Assembly (NCBI GenBank): GCA_051955355.1
Contig: JBQCGU010000072.1
Location: forward strand, 170 to 64,169
Direction: 5' to 3'
Origin: Solirubrobacteraceae bacterium
Lineage (GTDB): Bacteria; Actinomycetota; Thermoleophilia; Solirubrobacterales; Solirubrobacteraceae
DNA: 64,000 bases
Positions 60,156 to 64,000 of the stretch are shown here, piece after piece (position 1 is the stretch's first letter; each line of letters begins with the position of its first letter). The notes below the pieces were generated by a model that did no database searches, had not been told where the DNA came from, and saw only the letters and a program-made list of their open reading frames with translations. The position numbers and the translations under genes are program-made.

Positions 60156-60952
60156 TTCATTTCGCGGCGCAGGCGCTCGCCGAGATCGGAGGTGGTTTCG
60201 TCCTGGGCATACCCACCCGTGGCCTCGTCGCGGATGATCCGCCCGCGCTTGAGCTCGATCACGCGCCGGCGCATCTTGTTCACCATCTCGGAGTCGTGCG
60301 TCGCCACGATCACGGTGGTGCCGGCGCGGTTGATCCGGTAGAGCAGCTGCATGATCCCGATCGAGGTCTCCGGATCGAGATTGCCGGTGGGCTCGTCGGC
60401 GAGCAGCAGCGGCGGATGGGAGGCAAACGCGCGCGCCACCGCGACGCGCTGCTGCTCACCGCCGGAGAGCTGATGCGGGTAGTTGTGCAGCTTGGTTGAA
60501 AGCCCGGTGAGCCGCAGAATGTCGGGAAGCGCCGTGCGGATCTGCTTGCGTGAGGCACCTGTCACCTGCAGGGCGTAGGCGATGTTGTCGTACACCGTGC
60601 GAGTGGGCAGCAGCTTGAAATCCTGAAACACCACGCCGATGTTCCGTCTGTAGTACGGCACGCGACGTCGCTCGATCTCCTCCAACGAACGCCCCGCCAC
60701 GCGAATCAACCCCTCGGTGGGCTCTATCTCCTTGATGAGCAGGCGCATGATCGTCGACTTGCCCGACCCGGTGGACCCCACGAGGAACACGAACTCCTGA
60801 CGGTCGATCGCAAACGTCGCGCGCTCGAGGCCGGTGTCGCCCGAGTCATACAGCTTGGACACGCCGCGGAACTCGATCACCGTGTTGGCGTTCGGTGCGT
60901 GCGCGGGGCGCGCAGGCGCGGGCACGGCATGGGAGTCTGCGGTCAGGTGCAT
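60152..60952 (-). CDS. ftsE: Cell division ATPase FtsE
   Basis: [38 protein letters not shown]. Confidence 0.95.
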   Translation of the reverse strand: MHLTADSHAVPAPARPAHAPNANTVIEFRGVSKLYDSGDTGLERATFAIDRQEFVFLVGSTGSGKSTIMRLLIKEIEPTEGLIRVAGRSLEEIERRRVPYYRRNIGVVFQDFKLLPTRTVYDNIAYALQVTGASRKQIRTALPDILRLTGLSTKLHNYPHQLSGGEQQRVAVARAFASHPPLLLADEPTGNLDPETSIGIMQLLYRINRAGTTVIVATHDSEMVNKMRRRVIELKRGRIIRDEATGGYAQDETTSDLGERLRREMK

Positions 60953-61097
60953 ACGCTGCGCCGCCCGGCGACGCCCGGCTTGATGGGTTTGGCGGCCTGC
61001 ATTCAGTGGAGACATGGGCGCGCACAGTAGCGGCAGAACGCCGAGAACAGCGCAGGTTCTCGTGCATGCAAGCCAGATTGCAATAGGGTGGCACGCC

Positions 61098-62348
61098 ATG
61101 GCGAGCATCGCGATGAGCACTGTCGAGGGCAATGGCCTGCCGATCCACTTGGTGGAGCTCCCGGGCACGCGTGCGCTGACGGTGCTCGTGGCTTTCGACG
61201 CCGGGGCGCGCACCGAGCAAGCCGATGAGAACGGGATGGCGCACTTCCTCGAGCACCTCGTGTTCAAGGGCGGTGAGAAGTACCCCACCTACAAGGAGAT
61301 CAACGAGACCGCCGAGCGGCTCGGCGGGGTGCTCAACGCGTACACCAGCCACGACCTGGTTGCCTTCCACATCACCGTTCGCGCCGAGTCGGCGGCTGCC
61401 GCGATCGACTTGCTGAGCGACTTCGTCGCGCAGCCGAAGATCGACCAGGAGGAGCTCGACCGCGAGCGCGGAGTGGTGATTCAGGAGATCAATCGCGCCT
61501 ACGACCAACCTTCGGTGGTGGCGGAGTACCTGATCGACAAGGCGGCGTTCGGCGAGCACCCGCTCGGGCGCACCGTGCTCGGGCCTGAGGAGAACCTGCG
61601 CAGCTTCACTCGCGACGCGATAGTGCAGTTCAGGCAGCGCCGCTGGTCGGGGGCTCGGGGCGGAGCGTTCCTGGTGGGCAATCTCGAGCACCTGCCCGAG
61701 AAGTCTCAGTTGCATGAGATGTTCGGACGCTTCCCTGCCCTGCCCGAGCCCGAGCCGTATGTGCCAGCGCCGCGCTTCGACCCTCAGACGCTGGTCGAGC
61801 AGCGAGACACCAACCAGTCGCATCTGCGCATGATCTACCGACCGAACGTCGACGTGGCGGACGCTGGGCAGCGCGCCGCGCTCGCCATCTACTCCACGCT
61901 GCTCGGCGGCTCGATGGGCTCGCGCCTGTTTGAAGAGATCCGCGAGAAGCGCGGGCTGTGTTACTCGGTGTACGCCACCGCTCATGCGTTCGCCGACGTG
62001 CCGATCCTGCAGCTCGGCTCGGGGTTGGAGTCGGCGAAGTGCGTGGAGGCGTACAGCCGCATGCGTGAGATCGTCGACGAGCTGCGCGACTCGGGACCGA
62101 CCGAGGAGGAGGTGCAGCGCGCCCGCGCGTATGCCGCCGGCCGGATGGTGCTGGCGTTCGAGAACACGAATGCTGTCGCCCGCTATGGCGCCTCACAGCG
62201 GATCGTCTACCGCGAGGACATCGACCCGGACAGGGCGATCTCGGCGCTCGACGCGGTCACCTTCGACCAGGTCGCCGAGGTGGCTGGGAACGTGGCCGAC
62301 CATCTCGCCGTCGCCTGCGTCGGCCCGCACAGCGAGGGCGACTTCTAG
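61098..62348 (+). CDS. M16 (pitrilysin/MPP-like) zinc peptidase
   Basis: GMAHFLEHLVFKG, NAYTS, SRLFEEIREKRGLCYSV. Confidence 0.94.
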   Translation: MASIAMSTVEGNGLPIHLVELPGTRALTVLVAFDAGARTEQADENGMAHFLEHLVFKGGEKYPTYKEINETAERLGGVLNAYTSHDLVAFHITVRAESAAAAIDLLSDFVAQPKIDQEELDRERGVVIQEINRAYDQPSVVAEYLIDKAAFGEHPLGRTVLGPEENLRSFTRDAIVQFRQRRWSGARGGAFLVGNLEHLPEKSQLHEMFGRFPALPEPEPYVPAPRFDPQTLVEQRDTNQSHLRMIYRPNVDVADAGQRAALAIYSTLLGGSMGSRLFEEIREKRGLCYSVYATAHAFADVPILQLGSGLESAKCVEAYSRMREIVDELRDSGPTEEEVQRARAYAAGRMVLAFENTNAVARYGASQRIVYREDIDPDRAISALDAVTFDQVAEVAGNVADHLAVACVGPHSEGDF

Positions 62349-63382
62349 CCGATCGCAACCATGCGGTCGATTGGCACCCGCGCCCGCTCGGCGACCTCGG
62401 GCGCAACGCGCACCTCGTGGCGCATCTCGCGCAGGCAGTCGCGCAGCTTCGGCAGCGTGATCATCTTCATGAACACGCAGCTCGCCTCGGCGTTGGCCGG
62501 GATGAACTCCACGTCGGGAGCAGCCATCTGGAGCGGGTAGAGCATTCCCACCTCGGTCGCCACGATCGCCTCGCGGCGCTGCTCGGGCTGCCCCGCAGCG
62601 TCTTTCTCGGCATCGTCCGCGTAGCGGAGCATCCCGCCCGTCGAGAGCATGTGCACACCCTCGGAGGCGACATCGCCGGACGCCACGTACTCCATGACGC
62701 TCGTCGTGCACCCGCACTCGGGATGGATCAGGAAGTCGGCGCCCGGGTGCGCGGCGCGGGTGGCTTCGATGTCGGAGGGCCGGATGGAGGCGTGGACGTG
62801 GCACTCCCCGTCCCACACGTGCATGCGCTTGCCGAGCTCCTTCTCGACGTATGCGCCGAGCCACATGTCCGGGCCGAACAGGATCTCGGTGTCGGAGCCG
62901 TGGGTGTCGTAGATGTGGCGCGCCACGTCGACCGCGTTGGCGGACGTGCAGCAGTAGTCGGTGAGCGCCTTCACCTCGGCGGTGGTGTTCACGTACATCA
63001 CCACCACGCCATCCGGATAGCGCTGCCGCCATGCCTTCAGCTGCTCGGCGTCGATCGACGCCGCCAACGAGCAGCCGGCGTCGAGATCCGGGATCAGAAC
63101 GGTCTTGTCCGGGCAGAGGATCGACGCGGTCTCTGCCAGGAAGTGCACACCGCACAAGGCGATCACCTCGGCTTGCGACTCAGCCGCTTGGCGGGAGAGG
63201 CCAAGTGAATCGCCCACGTAGTCAGCGACCTGCTGAACCTCGGGCACCTGATAGTTGTGGGCGAGGATGACGGCGTTGCGCTCGGCGGCGAGAGCGCGCA
63301 CCTCGTCCTGAAGCTCGATGATCTGCTGTGAGGAGAGCGGCGCGTCGGGCGCGAGCGTTGGCATCATGGGCAGCGACTGCAT
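62345..63382 (-). CDS. nadA: Quinolinate synthase
   Basis: ILAHNYQ, GDSL, CGVHF.AE, AGCSLA, YVNT, CCTSANA, CHVH, HPEC. Confidence 0.96.
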   Translation of the reverse strand: MQSLPMMPTLAPDAPLSSQQIIELQDEVRALAAERNAVILAHNYQVPEVQQVADYVGDSLGLSRQAAESQAEVIALCGVHFLAETASILCPDKTVLIPDLDAGCSLAASIDAEQLKAWRQRYPDGVVVMYVNTTAEVKALTDYCCTSANAVDVARHIYDTHGSDTEILFGPDMWLGAYVEKELGKRMHVWDGECHVHASIRPSDIEATRAAHPGADFLIHPECGCTTSVMEYVASGDVASEGVHMLSTGGMLRYADDAEKDAAGQPEQRREAIVATEVGMLYPLQMAAPDVEFIPANAEASCVFMKMITLPKLRDCLREMRHEVRVAPEVAERARVPIDRMVAIG

Positions 63383-63524
63383 GGAAATCCAGTCTATCCC
63401 GGCGCGTACTCTGTGCTTCGAGCGCTCAGCGCGGGGTCCCGCGGAGAGCACGGTGCTCTCCGCGAGCGGTGAACGCCAGGCTCCATGCCCCTGGCCACGG
63501 GGGTGGCATATCCTGTGCGCCGCC

Positions 63525-64000
63525 GTGTTTACAGAGGATGAGCTGCTGGCGCTTGTCGAAGGCGCACTGAGGGAGGATGTGGGGGACGGAGACGTCACCA
63601 CGAACGCTACGGTCGCCCCAGATGCGCGCGCCTGTGCCTCGATAACGCAAAAGGCGCCGGGAGCGATCTTCGGGCTGGATGCCGCGGAAGCCGTCTTCAT
63701 GACGCTCGACCCCGGCGCCCGCTGCCAACGCCTGGTTCAGGAGGGGAGCTGGCGCGGCGAAGGCGGTCCCGTGCTTTGTGTGCAAGGCACCACGCGCGCC
63801 CTGTTGACCGCGGAGCGCACCGCGCTCAACTTTCTCGCCCGCCTGTCCGGAGTCGCCACGATGTCGGCGCTCGCCGCCCGCGCCGTCGAGGGCACGAACG
63901 CTGTGGTGCTCGATACGCGCAAGACCACGCCGGGGTTGCGAGCACTGGAGAAGGCGGCGGTGGCTGCCGGCGGCGCCGCGAATCATCGTGTCGGCCTCTA
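63525..64000 (+). CDS. nadC: Nicotinate-nucleotide pyrophosphorylase, partial at window edge
   Basis: Manual translation ALREDVGDGDVTT...LLTAERTALNFL.RLSGVAT...LDTRKTTPGLR.LEK.AV.AGG..NHR. Confidence 0.95.
   Translation, partial: MFTEDELLALVEGALREDVGDGDVTTNATVAPDARACASITQKAPGAIFGLDAAEAVFMTLDPGARCQRLVQEGSWRGEGGPVLCVQGTTRALLTAERTALNFLARLSGVATMSALAARAVEGTNAVVLDTRKTTPGLRALEKAAVAAGGAANHRVGL

Noticed and set aside
61042-61062. CGAGAAC-N7-GTTCTCG palindrome between ftsE and the M16 peptidase
   Set aside because: Spacing does not fit a LexA box; single 7-bp repeat with no other support

Overview
High-GC actinobacterial window; gene content and many apparently leaderless genes point to Thermoleophilia/Solirubrobacterales (inference). 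Core genes: pgk-gap-rapZ-uvrC, ABC-F, lipid metabolism genes, xseAB, a LexA-boxed imuB-small ORF-dnaE2 mutagenesis cassette, DEAD-box helicase, purM, glnK-amtB, ssrA/smpB/rnr, ctpA-ftsEX, an M16 peptidase, nadA/nadC. Accessory features: (1) a 12 kb Mce locus with six MCE/MlaD proteins, an embedded lytic transglycosylase/degenerate M23 protein, a leading secreted protein and no yrbE permeases, separated from its Mkl-like ATPase by a TetR gene and a low-GC two-gene secreted cassette. (2) A nested island array downstream of tmRNA (about 46.4-53.65 kb). It contains a 2.27 kb element bounded by a 15-bp tmRNA-derived direct repeat (RepSA-like HUH rep remnant, N-truncated tyrosine integrase, hicBA). 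That element inserted into the end of an older serine-recombinase remnant. Beyond it lie YefM-YoeB, DUF433/PIN, a DUF5678-like/retropepsin pair, a 16-Cys zinc-finger protein, a 33-aa membrane peptide and an FN3-PASTA gene broken by two adjacent TAA codons. (3) A stand-alone ~100-nt sRNA candidate at 4.8-4.9 kb, plus several structured leaders. All family calls come from visual motif recognition; no searches were run.
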